From NCBI GenBank assembly GCA_951406725.2, contig OX597816.1, positions 101,308,001 to 101,372,000 on the forward strand: 64,000 nt of DNA. Reading direction: 5' to 3'. Made by a program: the position numbers and the translations under genes. Below the pieces are notes generated by a model, which worked only from the letters and a program-made list of their open reading frames with translations, did not search any database and was not told where the DNA came from. Origin of the DNA: Octopus vulgaris. Taxonomy: Eukaryota. This document shows, piece by piece, positions 12,455 to 26,269 of this stretch. The stretch's first letter is position 1, and every line of letters begins with the position of its first letter.

Positions 12455-13365
12455 GCTTAGACTTTGGTGGGGGCAACCAGATCGAACAGTCTCGAGTGTT
12501 GTTGCCCGAAACTGTAAGGATATCTGGTAACTTGACTGACGAAAGAAGGCCACGGATGACCCGTCCTTTTTTTCCCTGTCCTTCTAATTGTTGTTTTTCC
12601 TGTCCGCCTTTCTATCGTCTATCTGACCGAATGCTTTATTGTCCTCTATTGCGTTTTTGTTCCATTTTTTATATTTATATATAACTATAGCGGCGTACCT
12701 ATACCTTTGCTCACCTTATAGTAAATATGTATCTAAATTTTGTACCATTCTTTTACTCTGTCTTTTAATCCCCTCTTACTTTCTTCCTCTTTTCTTTTTC
12801 TCGCTCCCGCTCTTTCACATTTCTTGGTCCTCTCTTTAACACCCACTTTTCCTCCTCGTTTACCTCCCCTATACCTTTCCTTTCGTCTCTGATTTTTTAT
12901 CTAATCCTTCCATCGCGCTGCCCCCTATCCCTCTCTCCTTCTACGTGACCGGTGTTCGGCCAGCCATGATCTTTCTTTCTTGGCCTGACTGCCAACACCT
13001 CTTAGGTCCATCTATGTTCCTGCCTTAAGGTTTTCATTTTATACACGCCAGTTCAATTTGATTTGTCGTCAGTCGAAAGACACCTTATAATCTTGTTGTT
13101 GTTATAATCTTGTTGTTTGTATTTGTAATTGTGTACCATGTCCTCCGTTTTAGTCTTTGTTGTCGCACACATTCGCTAGCTTTCTTGCAAAAACTTTAAA
13201 GCTCTTAACTTAGACGTTTTGGGGGCAACAGTCTCAAGTATAACTGTCCGAAACTGTAAGGACATGTGGTAACTTGACTGACAAAAGAAAGGCTACGAAT
13301 GACCCGTCCTTTTTTTCCTGTCTGCTTTTGTATCGTCTACCTGTCCGGTTGCTTTATTGTTCTAT
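12455..13365 (+). mobile_element. Interspersed repeat with terminal direct repeats (pLTR-like), homologous to 38700-39490
   Basis: 'ccgaaactgtaagga...ggtaacttgactgac...aaggc.acg.atgacccgtcctttttt' at ~12470-12650 and ~13220-13363. CT-rich interior matches ~38750-39300. Confidence 0.65.
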
Positions 13366-13737
13366 CAATGCAACCCGGTGTTGCCAAGATGTTATGATCT
13401 ACAAGCCCATTGCATTATTTGCTCCTTTTTTATGGGCAGCATCGGCACAGCTGATATATAGTTAATGGAATAATGGAAGTTATTTTTTGCTTAATAGTGA
13501 AGGGCGAGGGTACAATTTGCATAGCTTTGCATGAAAGTGCTTTCTGCTCTTACGAAGGATCAGAAACTATATATTGTATCATCGTATAAAAGGGGGTTAA
13601 TACGATTTTGTCCAGAAATCACGTTTTCAAACTTTTAATTTCCCTCTATTCCCACCACAATTTCTTAATTTGTAACTTGTTTTCAATTTTTCTTTGCTGA
13701 TATCTACGCAGAAAAATACAGACATTACGAATCTGGG

Positions 13738-13868
<131 letters not shown>

Positions 13869-14023
13869 CATATATATATAGCAATAATAATTCTCTAAAA
13901 GAGATATAGACAGTAACTGCTCGATAACATAAGGGACTAAAGCCATCTGAATATGGCTAGGGACAGGGCAGGGTGGTGGGGGTGTTACTGTTGCATTTAG
14001 CCCCAGGCGAACATCGACGTCGC

Positions 14024-14116
<93 letters not shown>

Positions 14117-14174
14117 CGGAGCTGTACTTGCATAGCGAATGACTTGATCTGAGATCGTGTGCTGGAACGAAAAC

Positions 14175-14408
14175 AATTGCAGCGTGGAAGATGTTTATAA
14201 GCCATTTAAGAAACACACAAAACCGTTAGATTCACTTCAACATTTAAATTTAATTTGTCAAAATATTTTCGTCGCTTTGAGACCACGACCGCGACCTGTT
14301 CACTGACAAAGCGACGAAAATATTTTTACAAATTAAATTTAAATGTTGAAATGAACCTAACACCTTTTGTGTGTTTCTTAAATGGCTTATAAACACCTTC
14401 CACGCTGC

Positions 14409-14412
<4 letters not shown>
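14175..14412. repeat. Fold-back (~105-bp arms, 27-nt loop) between (TA)n tracts
   Basis: 14175-14279 is the reverse complement of 14307-14412 with a few mismatches. Confidence 0.9.
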
Positions 14413-14484
<72 letters not shown>

Positions 14485-15249
14485 TTAATTTTTTCTTAAA
14501 GAAACACCCAATTATTTCTGAAGAAACTTCCCTGCTTTCCGAAAAGCTATAAGTGAAACATTGGGAGTGTGTAGCTTTCTGAAAGTGGTGAGATGATGGG
14601 TAAAATTCTTAAAGATTCGTACTCTCTGTTTTTCTTTTCTCTAGAAATTACCAAGAATAAAAATTTGAAACAAGTAAAAAATTAATTCGGTATGCAGAGG
14701 GAGAAAATTAAATTATTGAGAACGTGCTTTGTGTTTGAAATCCTAATCTCCTGTATCTCAAACATAGGAATCGCAAGAAATTTAGGGAAAAAAAATAATA
14801 AGTGGTGACGGAAACGTCACCTCGGACATGCTAGAAAGAAGAAGTAAACGACAGGATTTTTGGGAAAACTTATTTTAAAGTTTATATCGAAGATCAGGTT
14901 TTTAAATACGCTCATCACAAACATAGATTAAACACTAGTAATTGGGTTTGAGTAGAAAATTTGCGTGTGCACACTGCAACAATTAACATAATTCGCACAG
15001 AACTTTTACCTAGAGTGTGTGTATGCATGTGTGTGTCAAAGGAAGTTATTTTATGGCATTCTTTCATTTGAAGAAGCAAAGTTGTTAATTCGACATATTT
15101 GGGATCATATGATTGTTTTTTTAATTTCTGTAAAATTGTTTTAATTTCTATATACTTTGGAGAGAGCAGAAATTGAAAGAGAGGAAAAGTGAAAAGGCGA
15201 CATTTACTTTGAAGTGAGAGAAGAAAGTGAGAGATAGGAGAAAGTACAT

Positions 15250-15905
15250 AAATGGAAGGAGGTAAAGAATACGCACACCACCTGTTTTCGGCGTAACCTT
15301 AACCCTAAACACCGGGAGTACGTATTCTTGACCTTCGTCCATAAATACAATTTTACTGCAGAGCTTAATGACCACCTCCAGAACCCAGTTTCCACAAAAG
15401 CCGTTCACTGGGAGCTGCACAAAGACGGATTTCACGGGAGGCTTGCAATCAGAAAACCACTACTTTCAAAAACGAACGTTGCAAAGCGTTTAGAGTAAAA
15501 ACCAACAGAATTGCTCCCTGAAGCAGAGGAAGAATGTTATTATCTCGTCATCCTTTACCTTATTTCCGATCACCGGTCGAGTATACGTGTGGAGGCAGCC
15601 AAAAGAAGTACTTGACCCAGACTGCCTTCTTCCAACTGTTAAACATGGAGGAGGGTCTGCGATGATTTGGGGGTATCTGCGAAATCCGCCGGCACAATGG
15701 TTTCTCTTCATGGCAGAATTTATGGTGCATTTCAGAAAAACAAGTAAGGAGTCGATATCCTCCAGTATCATCACTACAAGAACTGGAGACTGTTTTAACT
15801 GAAGAATAGACAAATTCCTTTGAAAACAATTCAAACTTTGTACGAGTCTATACCTTGTAGAATTCAAGCTGTAATTACTGCCAAAGGCGGTCCCACCCCA
15901 TATTA
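15250..15905 (+). pseudogene. Tc1-family transposase remnant
   Basis: TAELNDHLQNPVSTKAVHWELHKDGFHGRLAIRKPLLSK, GRVYVWRQPKEVLDPDCLLPTVKHGGGSAMIWG, RIQAVITAKGGPTPY*. Internally deleted and frameshifted. Confidence 0.88.
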
Positions 15906-17885
15906 AAGTAAATTTTAATATGGGGTAACTCGGGTATACGGTGCAGATGAGCTGAAATGATAGCGAAATATCGATATACGCCGTTATCCTCACCTACGGG
16001 GCAATTAGTTTTGAGGCATTCAATATTTTCTCGCACTTGATATTTTAAAGGGGTCTTCCCTGGGCAAAATTCCGCAGCTAATAAGTGTTTAAACAAAAAC
16101 ATATACAGTGTGTAACATCAATAATGTCTTCCTTATTAGAGTTGCCTCTAATTCAAAATTTAATTATATATAGAGAGAGGTTTATATATAGAGATTTATA
16201 TATAGAGATTTGATTTGAACCCCATATATATATATATATATAGGGATCACATCAAATCTCTGTTGGGCCTCACTATATTATATAAGACAAATTATTGAAA
16301 TGATACTCGCTTTGAGAGAAGATAAACAAACACCTGATGGCTATTGCGAACAACTTTGAGAAATTTGCATTCCATGAATTAAAATACATTGTGTATTTTC
16401 TGAAACGAATGAACTCTTTTACACTTGGACTGGTTGATTGTGGCCTTGCTGGGGCACCGCTTTATATATCTCTCCCTAGATACAAATGTGTGTGCGTGTG
16501 TGCGTGTGTGTGTGCGAGAGAGAGAGAGAGAAACTGCACTTGCATATACCGGTTTTTGTTTTTTGGAAATTAGATATCAAAAAGGCTGCTTGGTCACTGA
16601 ATGGAAGCATCGAAAAGGAAATTAGTATTGCCCCAACGTTGAACAGTATTCATTTATTCATTTCGGAGCTGAAGACGGTATGACTATGTCAAGAAAAATA
16701 GCTGAAGAAATAACCAATAAAACATTGAGTTTGCCATGTGAAAGAAGGGCAACGATAGTATGGATAGAAAGAAGAAATATTTTGCATTAAGATTATACTT
16801 TTGAGGAAAATAAGACCAATATAAAATAGTGCTGTTGTAGTCTTTCAAACTCATGTCATCTTTGATCGAGGAGATATGTATAAAAGTGATGGTGGTCGAG
16901 AGTTCAAACCTCCCGGCAAAATAGAAAGCAAAACAGAATGCTTTTTAGAAATGATGCGTTAAACGGATGAAAGCGAAAACTTACAATATCTATCCTGTAT
17001 GTGATAAAGAAATGTACAAGCCATAATAGATGAATATCAAATTGTTCATTTTACCCCGTATAACATAAATGAACAAAAAGAGATGTGGCGTTTATTCATT
17101 TTACCCGGGAGCTTTCATTTCACCAAAAGCTTTCTCTTTTGCCGTATGTGCAGTGGTAGGGTTGAATTTTCCACCGACCAGCACTGCAAATGCATTCTAA
17201 CGGAGAACATCGCATCATATTTCTTATTAGTACAGTGTATCCAATAAGACAGTTCTCTTTTTTACAAGATGATGGAGTGTTATACGAAAACAATATTTAA
17301 CTGCTATTTCTGACTATGCAGTTGCTCCCTTACGCCATTATTGTTGTTGTTTAGCATCAATAAAACTTAGAAAAGATTTATGCCCTAAAGCATTCCAGCC
17401 ATGACCACCTTGTCTCTGGTAACTATGTATGTAGGATTACATTCTTCAATGTGATCATTCTTTTCTTAAGATGGTAGAATAAGATCTGGTGGTGGGAAGG
17501 AGATTTGACTGCTGTTTCTACCAATTCAAATAACTGCATAAAGGCTCGTTTGTTGTCTCATCCTTTGTGGTGTTGATACAATACATATGGCGTTGTGTAA
17601 GTGATAACCCGTTTACTTCATAAAAAGGGAATCGTGTAAGGGCAGACGGCGTATTGCTGTTAAACACAGGGTGGTATACACGGCCAAAATACTGATGTAG
17701 ATAAACACAAAATGAAACATCTTAATGAGATAGGGACGGATACTGTGTTAGAACCCACTCACACTCTTTATCTTTCCGACCTGTTTACTGCACTCACTCA
17801 CACACACATACACACACACACACACGCATACTACACCGACGTTTTAAATTTCTATCATTAGTTCTCTCTCTCTTTTTCTCTCTTC

Positions 17886-17928
<43 letters not shown>

Positions 17929-18662
17929 CTCCTTTCCCTCTCTTCCTCTTCTGCCGTTTCTCTCCCGCAAAACACCACAGGAGTACCTATCACCGCTCTT
18001 TCTCCCTACAAGCCCCTTCTAACAAAATGTATATATATCTCCCTCTCCACAAATGCACATTTCACTACTACCCTCTTCCCATATTTACAACAACCCCCAC
18101 CCCCACCCTTCTTCCCTCATTCTGTTTTTCTTCATTCTATCTCTTCATTCTCCTCAGACGACGACGACGGCGACGATTCCTAGCCTTACCCCTGACAACG
18201 AACATCTATCTCCTTACAATCACATATCCTAAGCAGCTACCGAATCCCCATCTTTATCCTCTATTCATCTGCCCCATCTCATATATCCCCTACCACACCC
18301 ATTCTATTTTCCCATCCCACCCCGTCAGAACCCAAAGCCTTCCAATCTTCTCCGATCCAACAAACAACATTCTTTTCGCTGTTTCCCTACTCACCTCTCC
18401 TTCTTCACTTACAAATCTAACATCACCACCCCCACCATCACGTTCCACCACCCCTTACTTACCCTAACCGTATCAATAACCTTAAGCAGAACTTTAACCC
18501 TAACCTTTCCCAAGCAACAAACATATCCTTCACCCACCTGCTCCATTCGCTTCTTTCTCCTCTTCCCTTCCCTTTCGCCACGTATATTTCTTCTGTTCCC
18601 CTGCCGCAGGTTCTCCTTGTTTCTCATCCCTATTTGTAAACATGTTTATGTGAGAAGAGAAA

Positions 18663-18697
<35 letters not shown>

Positions 18698-19005
18698 CGC
18701 GTGTGTGTGTGCGTGTGTGTATGTGGGCGAGAGAGAGTCAGACGGAGTGAGTGTGTGCGTGCGCGCGAGCGCGTATATGGCTTCATGTGTGCGTGCATGT
18801 GCAATGTGTGTGTGTGCGCATATGTGTGTGTGCTCACGCGCATGTGTATATGTGTGTGCGTGCGGATATGTATGTGTGCGTGCTGACATGTGCGTGTGCG
18901 CGCGTGTATCTATGTGCATGTGTGTATGTGTATATGTGTGTGTGTGTGCTAACAAAGCAAAATCAGCAAAAATACCAAAAATAAACAAGACAACCAGTAA
19001 AAATA

Positions 19006-19146
19006 TTACGTTGTCCCAAAAGTTCGTAAACACTTGCGAAAATTGAATTTTTACTCGCCAAGTACTAACAAAAACAACAAAAATTATTCCTCAAAATAAA
19101 GACCATTATTTTCCAAGACTTTCAACGAACTTTTGGGACAACCTTA
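19006..19146. mobile_element. Mariner-type MITE (141 bp)
   Basis: TIRs ttacgttgtcccaaaagttcgt / acgaacttttgggacaacctta, flanked by TA on both sides. Confidence 0.7.
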
Positions 19147-19369
19147 TAACAAATATAAACAACAACAACAATAACAATTATAGCAAAAACAGCAACATGT
19201 TAACAGCAACAACAAGACTACAACAACAACCACAACAGCCATACTAGCAACAAAGAGAAGAACTTAACAACGGGACTAAACATAGGATCCAGAATAACAA
19301 ACCAAAGATCCCCAACAAATGCAACAACAGCATCGGCATCAGCAACAATACCAGCAATAGTATCTATAA

Positions 19370-19560
19370 TCTTTTCTGCTACAGACGCATGGCCTGAAAT
19401 TTTGTTTCTCGATCAACCCCACGGTTCAACTGGTACTTATTTTATAGATCCGGAAAGGGAGAAAAGCGAAGTCAACCTCGGCCGAATTTGAACTCAGAAC
19501 GTAAAGACTGGCGAAATGACGCGCTGCATTTTGTCCAGCGTGCTAACGGTTCTGCTGGCT
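19370..19560 (-). mobile_element. SINE family A
   Basis: ctggtacttattttatagatccggaaagg...gtcaacctcggccgaatttgaactcagaacgtaaag. Confidence 0.75.
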
Positions 19561-19595
19561 CAACAACAAGAACAACAACAATGATAATAATGATG

Positions 19596-19662
<67 letters not shown>

Positions 19663-19667
19663 TAATT

Positions 19668-20225
19668 TCATTTATTTGCCACAAGGGCGAAGGATGAGGG
19701 TGACAATACAGAGACAGACATAAAGTATGGAGGTTTACATATAATAATGAAATGATAAAAAAAAAGTAAGCATACAGGGTATACACTGAAAAAGAAGGAA
19801 CATATGCATAGCATACAAAGGTAAAGAGAGAAAAAGCGGGGAAGATGATAGAGATGTGACCCTCTTGATACAGGAACGCCTCGAGAGAGAATCAAGGAAC
19901 ACCACTGTCCGAGAATTTCCTGAAACCCTAGGAGCAAATGCCCTCTCCAATTTCTTCTCTTCGATACACAGGTCTACACTTAGAGAGCTACCATCCACTC
20001 CTGCCATTTTCACAACTTTCACCCACCTTTCAGTAAACTCACTCGAGAACAGCACTCCCCACTCCACCCTCAATTTCCTTTGCAAGTGAAACTTGTAAAT
20101 GTCAATGAGAGCCCTACCAAAGACGAATGTACCTGGACTCATGGCTTTCAGCCTTATCCACCAAACAACCTCTTTCGCCACAGCCATCAGGCAAAGGAAA
20201 ACTGCCTTGCCTGCCCGGTTGAAGC
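19668..20225 (-). mobile_element. 3' fragment of an L1/Tx1-like LINE ending at (TAA)n
   Basis: C-terminal pattern MAVAKEVVWWIRLK...KFHLQRKLRVE...EFTERW, then a pyrimidine-rich 3'UTR running into the microsatellite. Confidence 0.45.
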
Positions 20226-20838
20226 TGAGTTGATCGAAGTGCTTGTCTGGTATTTATTTCACTGACCCGGAAAGGATGAACAACAAAGTTGACCTTAGTG
20301 GAATTTGAACTCGGAAAGTAACGACGGACGAAATGCCATTAAGTAATTTGCCCGGCGTCCTAACGGTTCTACCAGCTCAACGCCTAAGCAATAACATGAA
20401 TAACCTTTTCTACTTCTACTATAGGCACGGTGCCTAAAATTTGTTGGGTGACCTAGTCGATTACATTGACCCCAATATATTGACTAGTACTTATTTTTAT
20501 CAGCCCCGGAAGGATGAAAGGTAAAGTCAACCATGGCGGCATTTGAACTCAGAAGTAAAGACTAACAAAACATTGCTAATCACTTTGCCTGGTGTGCTAA
20601 CGATTCTGCTAACTCGCCACTTTCCTGATGATAATAATAATAGTCCTTTCGTTAAATAGTACGAAGACTGAAATTTTTAGGAGGGAGTGCTAGTCGATTA
20701 CACCCACCCCAGTACATGACTGGTACTTGTTTCACCGACCCCGAAAGGATGAAAGGCAAAGTTGACCTTTAAGGTATTTGAACTTATAACATAAAGCTGG
20801 AATATATGCGCGTTAACGATTCTGCCAGCTCGCAGCCT
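20225..20838 (-). mobile_element. Three head-to-tail SINE family A copies
   Basis: Core 'ggatgaa...aaagt.gacc...tttgaact' at ~20270, ~20510 and ~20745. Confidence 0.8.
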
Positions 20839-21259
20839 TTGCAATAACTTTAATAATAAGTGCAATAAGCAGCCGCATAAATACCAACATGAATCGCAAC
20901 AGAAGTACAAAAACATAAGTAAGAACAATAACAGCTGCAACTGTAATAGCAGCAACAATGACAGAAGTAGTAACAACGGCATTAGCATCAGTAATAGCTA
21001 GAATCGAAACTGCTGCAGTATTTAGTAATAAAAATTTCAACAGTTCCAATAGCAGAAACATCGACAATTGTGTAAACAAAGGAAGCGAGCCAATTGGCCT
21101 CTTTGTAAATTTGGCTTGTTAGAATTAGCGACCAAATTTCAGCCAAACATACCCCACTGTCATAAAACAAGATGGTCATATCTAGTCCTAGACATATGCA
21201 AGAAACAAGTTGGCCATACATGTCTTTGATGACAGGTTTGCTCAGTTAGAGTTGACTCA

Positions 21260-21476
21260 AGGGTGGCGAGCCAGCAGAATCATCTGCACGCCGGGCAAAA
21301 TGCTTAGCGACATTTCGTCCGCCTTTACGTTCTGAGTTCAAATTTCGCCTAGGTCGACTTCGCCTTTCATCCCTTCGGGATCGATAAAATGAGTACTAGT
21401 TGAGCAGTGAAGTCGTTGTAATCGACTTGACCTTTACCCAGAACTCGCTGGCCTTGTGCCAGAACTTGAAACAAAT
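21260..21476 (+). mobile_element. SINE family A
   Basis: agggtggcgagccagcagaatc...gttctgagttcaaatttcgcctaggtcgacttcgcctttcatcc. Confidence 0.8.
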
Positions 21477-21782
21477 TAGAGTTGATTCGGGGTCAAGCGA
21501 CAACAAACGCAGCAACAGTAATAGCAACAGGAGCAGCAGAAGTAACAAGAGCGTTAATAAGATCCTTAATAGTAAGTTAGTGCACCAGTTTTCACGGCTT
21601 TCTTGTCAACCCCAATACATTGTATGGTACTTATTTTTTATGGACATTGTAGGATGACGAAATCCAAAGTCGATATAACGTAAAGGGAAATAATAGAAAT
21701 GGAACTTAATACCAAAGCGTAATTTCATTTACGAGATATCCGTATTTATGAAGAACAACAACAACGACGACGATGACGCCGA

Positions 21783-21914
21783 GAAGAAGAAGAAGAAGAA
21801 GAAGAAGAAGAAGAAGAAGAAGAAGAAGAAGAAGAAGAAGAAGAAGAAGAAGAAGAAGAAGAAGAAGAAGAAGAAGAAGAAGAAGAAGAAGAAGAAGAAG
21901 AAGAAGAAGAAGAA
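21783..21914. repeat. (GAA)n microsatellite
   Basis: Pure GAA run of ~130 bp. Confidence 0.97.
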
Positions 21915-22194
21915 ATAATCAGCTGATTGTGGATCGAATGCGGAAGATATAAATCTTAAGAATGTCAAAGTGTTCTACGATGGCAAGGTTATCTCTAACG
22001 GGTCGTTGTATCAACTTCAACGTACGAAATCTCTGGTCAATAACCGTGTCAGCATCTGTATCACAAAAACATTAATGGTGGCGATGAAAGGTGTATTCAT
22101 GTTAGGGTAGATATGTAGATGAAGACAACACTAAGTAAGGAATTACATCAGGCACTGTCAGATCTGTAATATATTTATATTATTTATCGTTACA

Positions 22195-22243
<49 letters not shown>

Positions 22244-22296
22244 ATTTGTTGCTGCGTGGCTAAAACACAAACGAACATTCACCAAACCACATATAA

Positions 22297-24751
22297 CACT
22301 GGTCAACACTGTTTTCATTGCCAAAGTTATTGGAATGATTTAGGATTAAGTTTTTGGTGCTGAATCTGATAACGCCATCAATTTTGCTAGATTGACTCTA
22401 GTTTTTGACTTAATTTAAGGCTGCATATTTGATAATTCACCACGCTTAGCCTTCTGAACCCCCTATAATTTTTAGGACATACTGTAGTTGCTGAATTGAT
22501 TTTTTCAGATATTACGTTATCTAATTTATTTCATGTAAAATGTTAGAATTAAAAATATTATAAAACATCAGAACATGTTGACATAAAATGCCAAAAATAT
22601 GTACAACACAGTAACACTAAAAATCATAAAAGACTTTTTACTACAACCCCCTGTAGTGGACAACAAGTTCTGCATTTCTTCGATAAGATAGGGAAGTAAA
22701 TACTGATATGGGAATTTCTTTGCTACTGTCGCTTTGCAGATTCCAAATCAGGATACTTTCATGTATCACTTAATGGTTTTCATGCAGTAATAGTGTACAT
22801 GACAATGCAGTAACATAGCACCCCTCCCACCCAGATATATATCAAAATATATCAATCAATCCGTCAACAAATGATGTATGATAATCTTTTGATTGGTTTT
22901 GTAGAATATTCCATGATGCATCTGTTCCAGCTACCTTGATGCCTTTTCTCCATCACCGTTAAATGCTGATGGAACCTCATCCTGTATTTCTCACTGAAAT
23001 TTCTCAAAGGCTGCGGAAGAATTGTGCTTTTATGTTTATATTAGCACCAATAGCTTTTAAGTCATCGAGCATGGTTTCCACAGTTCTTCATAATTGTCAG
23101 TTTTCTTGATACCAAAGAAGTTTTCATTAATTGACACATAACTACACCACCAAGCAGAAATATTTTCATATATTTCGGAAAACTTTAATCTTTAATGCCT
23201 TTGTAGATAGGAAGACCAGCAAATATTCTTCCTTTAGTTTTCCAAATTTCAAGTCCAGGAATCATTTGCAAGTGTACTTGAAATAATTACCATTTCTGTC
23301 TAAATCTTTAAGAAATTGCTTCATCAATTCAAGTTTGTCAGAAAGGGGAATGAGAATGATGTTTTCTCTTGAAATAATGCTTTGTTGATGTTATTAGCTC
23401 CTTTGAAGGTAACGTCATTTTTTTCTAACGATCTTGCTTTGCTCTACTGCCCCATAAACACAAGAAAAAATGGTATTTTCTGTACTCACTTTGCTCAAAT
23501 GGAACAGGCCACTGGCGTTAGTAGAGTTTCTGCAAGGCAATAAACTTTAAGATTAACTGAATGAACAATTAGTAATAAAGCAGAGTTGTTGCCATTGTGT
23601 AATAAAACATAACTTTGCTCTCTTTGGAGAGCCGCCAATCTTGTGGTCAATGTTCAGGTAGTTCCATTGGTGAAAAAGTCTAGAGATATTTTGGCAGTGG
23701 AGAAGGTTCTCATCTTCAGTGAAGGAAGAAGTCTTTGTTACTTTAACTTGCATTTCTTTTCTTTCAGCCCGGATGCTAACAGTTCAGAGAACTGTTTTGT
23801 GAGACAGAGGCCTCGTATCAGATCATAAACTGCTTTGATGTCGAAGAATGTACTTCATATTCATTTTTACTACAACCTCCTGTGGTGGACAACAAGTTCT
23901 GCATTTCTTCGATAACAAAGGAATATCAGATAGGGAAGTAAATACTGATATGGGAATTTCTTTGCTACTGTCGCTTTGCAGATTCCAAATCAGGATACTT
24001 TCATGTATCACTTAATGGTTTTCACATTAACAACAAAATTAACAAGCACCGGTAGTTTTGTAGCACTTGCCACACAATAAACATTCTGAAGTTAAATGTT
24101 TCTCCGTTTGACCATTGTCGAAGGGATTCTAAATACGTTATTTATCGTGATCCAAACTTTACTCCAAAATAAGAAAGATACACTTGTTTTACGAAGTCAA
24201 TGATAATTTTTTCTGTGCTTTTCTACTGTTTATTTACCCAGAATACATCTGGGTTGTTCAAACACGTTCTTCGTTATGAACTCGTATTTACTTTCTTTTA
24301 TCTACTAAAATATAGTTTTTTAAAAATATCAATTATTAAATCTGAAAGGCAAGTTCAAAATTAGCTTTCAATAAATGTTAATTAGATAATAATGTAGATT
24401 AAAATATGTTTATAAAAACCCTGTTACAAATGTTAGCAAATATGTTGGTAGAATTTAATGATTCAATGGCATTATTAAACATGGTATCTCCAGCTGGGGG
24501 TTCCTAACTATCCAAGTAGTCGAGTGTTAAAGTATTATGACCTCTTACCTAGCATAACTCCTAACCTACATTTTAATCTAATTCGGGAAAATCCCAATAT
24601 CTCCTACTGGAGTATCCTCGTAATTTGGGGATATCCATTATTTCAAAACTAGAGCCAGTCTGGTAGAACCAATATCAATTTTATGGTCCCAAATTACCAT
24701 GAATTCATTTGAATATTGTTGACATCTAAAAGAGCAATTTTATTGACCGTT
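22297..24751 (-). mobile_element. Chapaev3-like (CMC) DNA transposon remnant
   Basis: Minus fragments YPDLESAKR..EIPISVF, DLMRGLCLTKQFSELLASGLKEK, KLELMKQFLKDLD, RFHQHLTVMEKRHQGSW resemble the HIKLGLMKQFVKAL / GERFHQD family. Left end TAA|CACTGGTCAA, degenerate right end ttgaccgtt. Confidence 0.7.
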
Positions 24752-24870
24752 ATTATTAATCATAATCTCACACTAAAGTTTTAAAGTATTTATTTAGATT
24801 TACATTATTCCAATGTATTTGAATTAATTTCTAAATTATAAATAAAGGGGAACTGATATAAAAGCAATGT

Positions 24871-25047
24871 AAGGTTGCAAGCTTGCAGAATCGTAAGCAT
24901 GCCGGAATTCAAATTCCGCCGAAGTCGACTTCACCTTTCGTCCTTCGGGGTTGATAAAATGAATACTAGTTGGTCACTGGGGGCGATGTAATCGACTTAC
25001 ACTATCCCCCAAAATAGCTGGCGTGGTGCCAAAATTTGAAACCAATA
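24871..25047 (+). mobile_element. SINE family A (internally deleted)
   Basis: ttcaaattccgccgaagtcgacttcacctttcgtccttcggggttgataaaatg...gtgccaaaatttgaaacc. Confidence 0.75.
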
Positions 25048-26269
25048 TAAAGCTAATGCTTTTCAGATCATTTCCCCTATCCTTATATTGTCTCATTAAC
25101 TGTCGTGGCAGACCAACATCTAAATGCTATATCTATACATAGGAAAATATACACACATATACAAACGCTTACCTATAAATTCACATGCAAGAAACATACT
25201 AAAATAGATTTACTCATTTGCATTTACACACAAATATTTACTAAATTTGATACATAGCAAATCATTAATGTAACTATTTGTCCCCAGATGTAACCGAATC
25301 ATATGAAGTATTACATTTAATGTTTATTTAAAATGACCAACTTTAGATTCTGCTGACAAATACACCCACACCAGAGTACACTTTCTACATCAATTAGTAC
25401 GAATAGCCAAGTATATTTTAATTTAATGTCCTATCTTCATGTTAAGAGATACATCCAAAATTATCTTTTAGTCTATCTAGTTTTCTTTACCATGTATACC
25501 ATAGCAATTGATTTTGGTAAAAAAATGTTACATTTTTGATATTATTATTGTATGTATATGCTTTGGTTTAGGTGAACATCTTTCTTGCATGCCTCTTTAC
25601 GTATGCACATGTTAAAGTTTTCCAGTGTGTGTGTATGTGTCTGTGTGTGTCTGTGTCTGTGTGCCTGTGTGTGCGCGCGTGCACGTGCTTGTGTGTGTGT
25701 GTGTTACGAAAATGAAATGATATTAGAAATCAATAATGTATTACATATTTCACAATGATAAAAGATTTTCCACACATTTCACAAACGTACTCACCATTGA
25801 GACTATATTTGTAGATAACTAGTGTTCGAATTTTACATGAAAGGGCTGTATTTATGGATGGATGGATAGTTAGATAGATTGATGGATTGATGAATGGAGG
25901 GATGGATGAATGGATTGATGAATGGATGGATGGATGGATGGATAGAGGGATGGATGGATGGAGAAATAGATGCGTATACGCATACGTGTGTTTGTATGCA
26001 TGTGTGTTTGTGTATGTGTGTATGTGTATGTGTGTGTGTGTGTATGTATGTGTGTATGTTTGTCTGTATGTCTGTGTGGTTATACTGTTGAGGTGGAACT
26101 TTCTGGAATGGGGAAATAGCTTTTGGGTTTTAACATCAATAGCTTGGATTTCATGTAGCGTCTAATTGAGTCACCCAAATGTTGGTATGAGTATTGGTGC
26201 ATCAAACTCCTTGAAGGCTACCGGTTTATTGAATACGGGTTCCTCTTAAAGACAATATGCACTTTGAAC

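Noticed and set aside
16204-16261. Small inverted repeat around (TA)n
   Set aside because: It is real but only ~19 bp per arm, with no family or functional context to support a call.
18460-18505. Telomeric (TTAGGG) repeat
   Set aside because: Only 1-2 isolated CCCTAA units within a CT-rich stretch.
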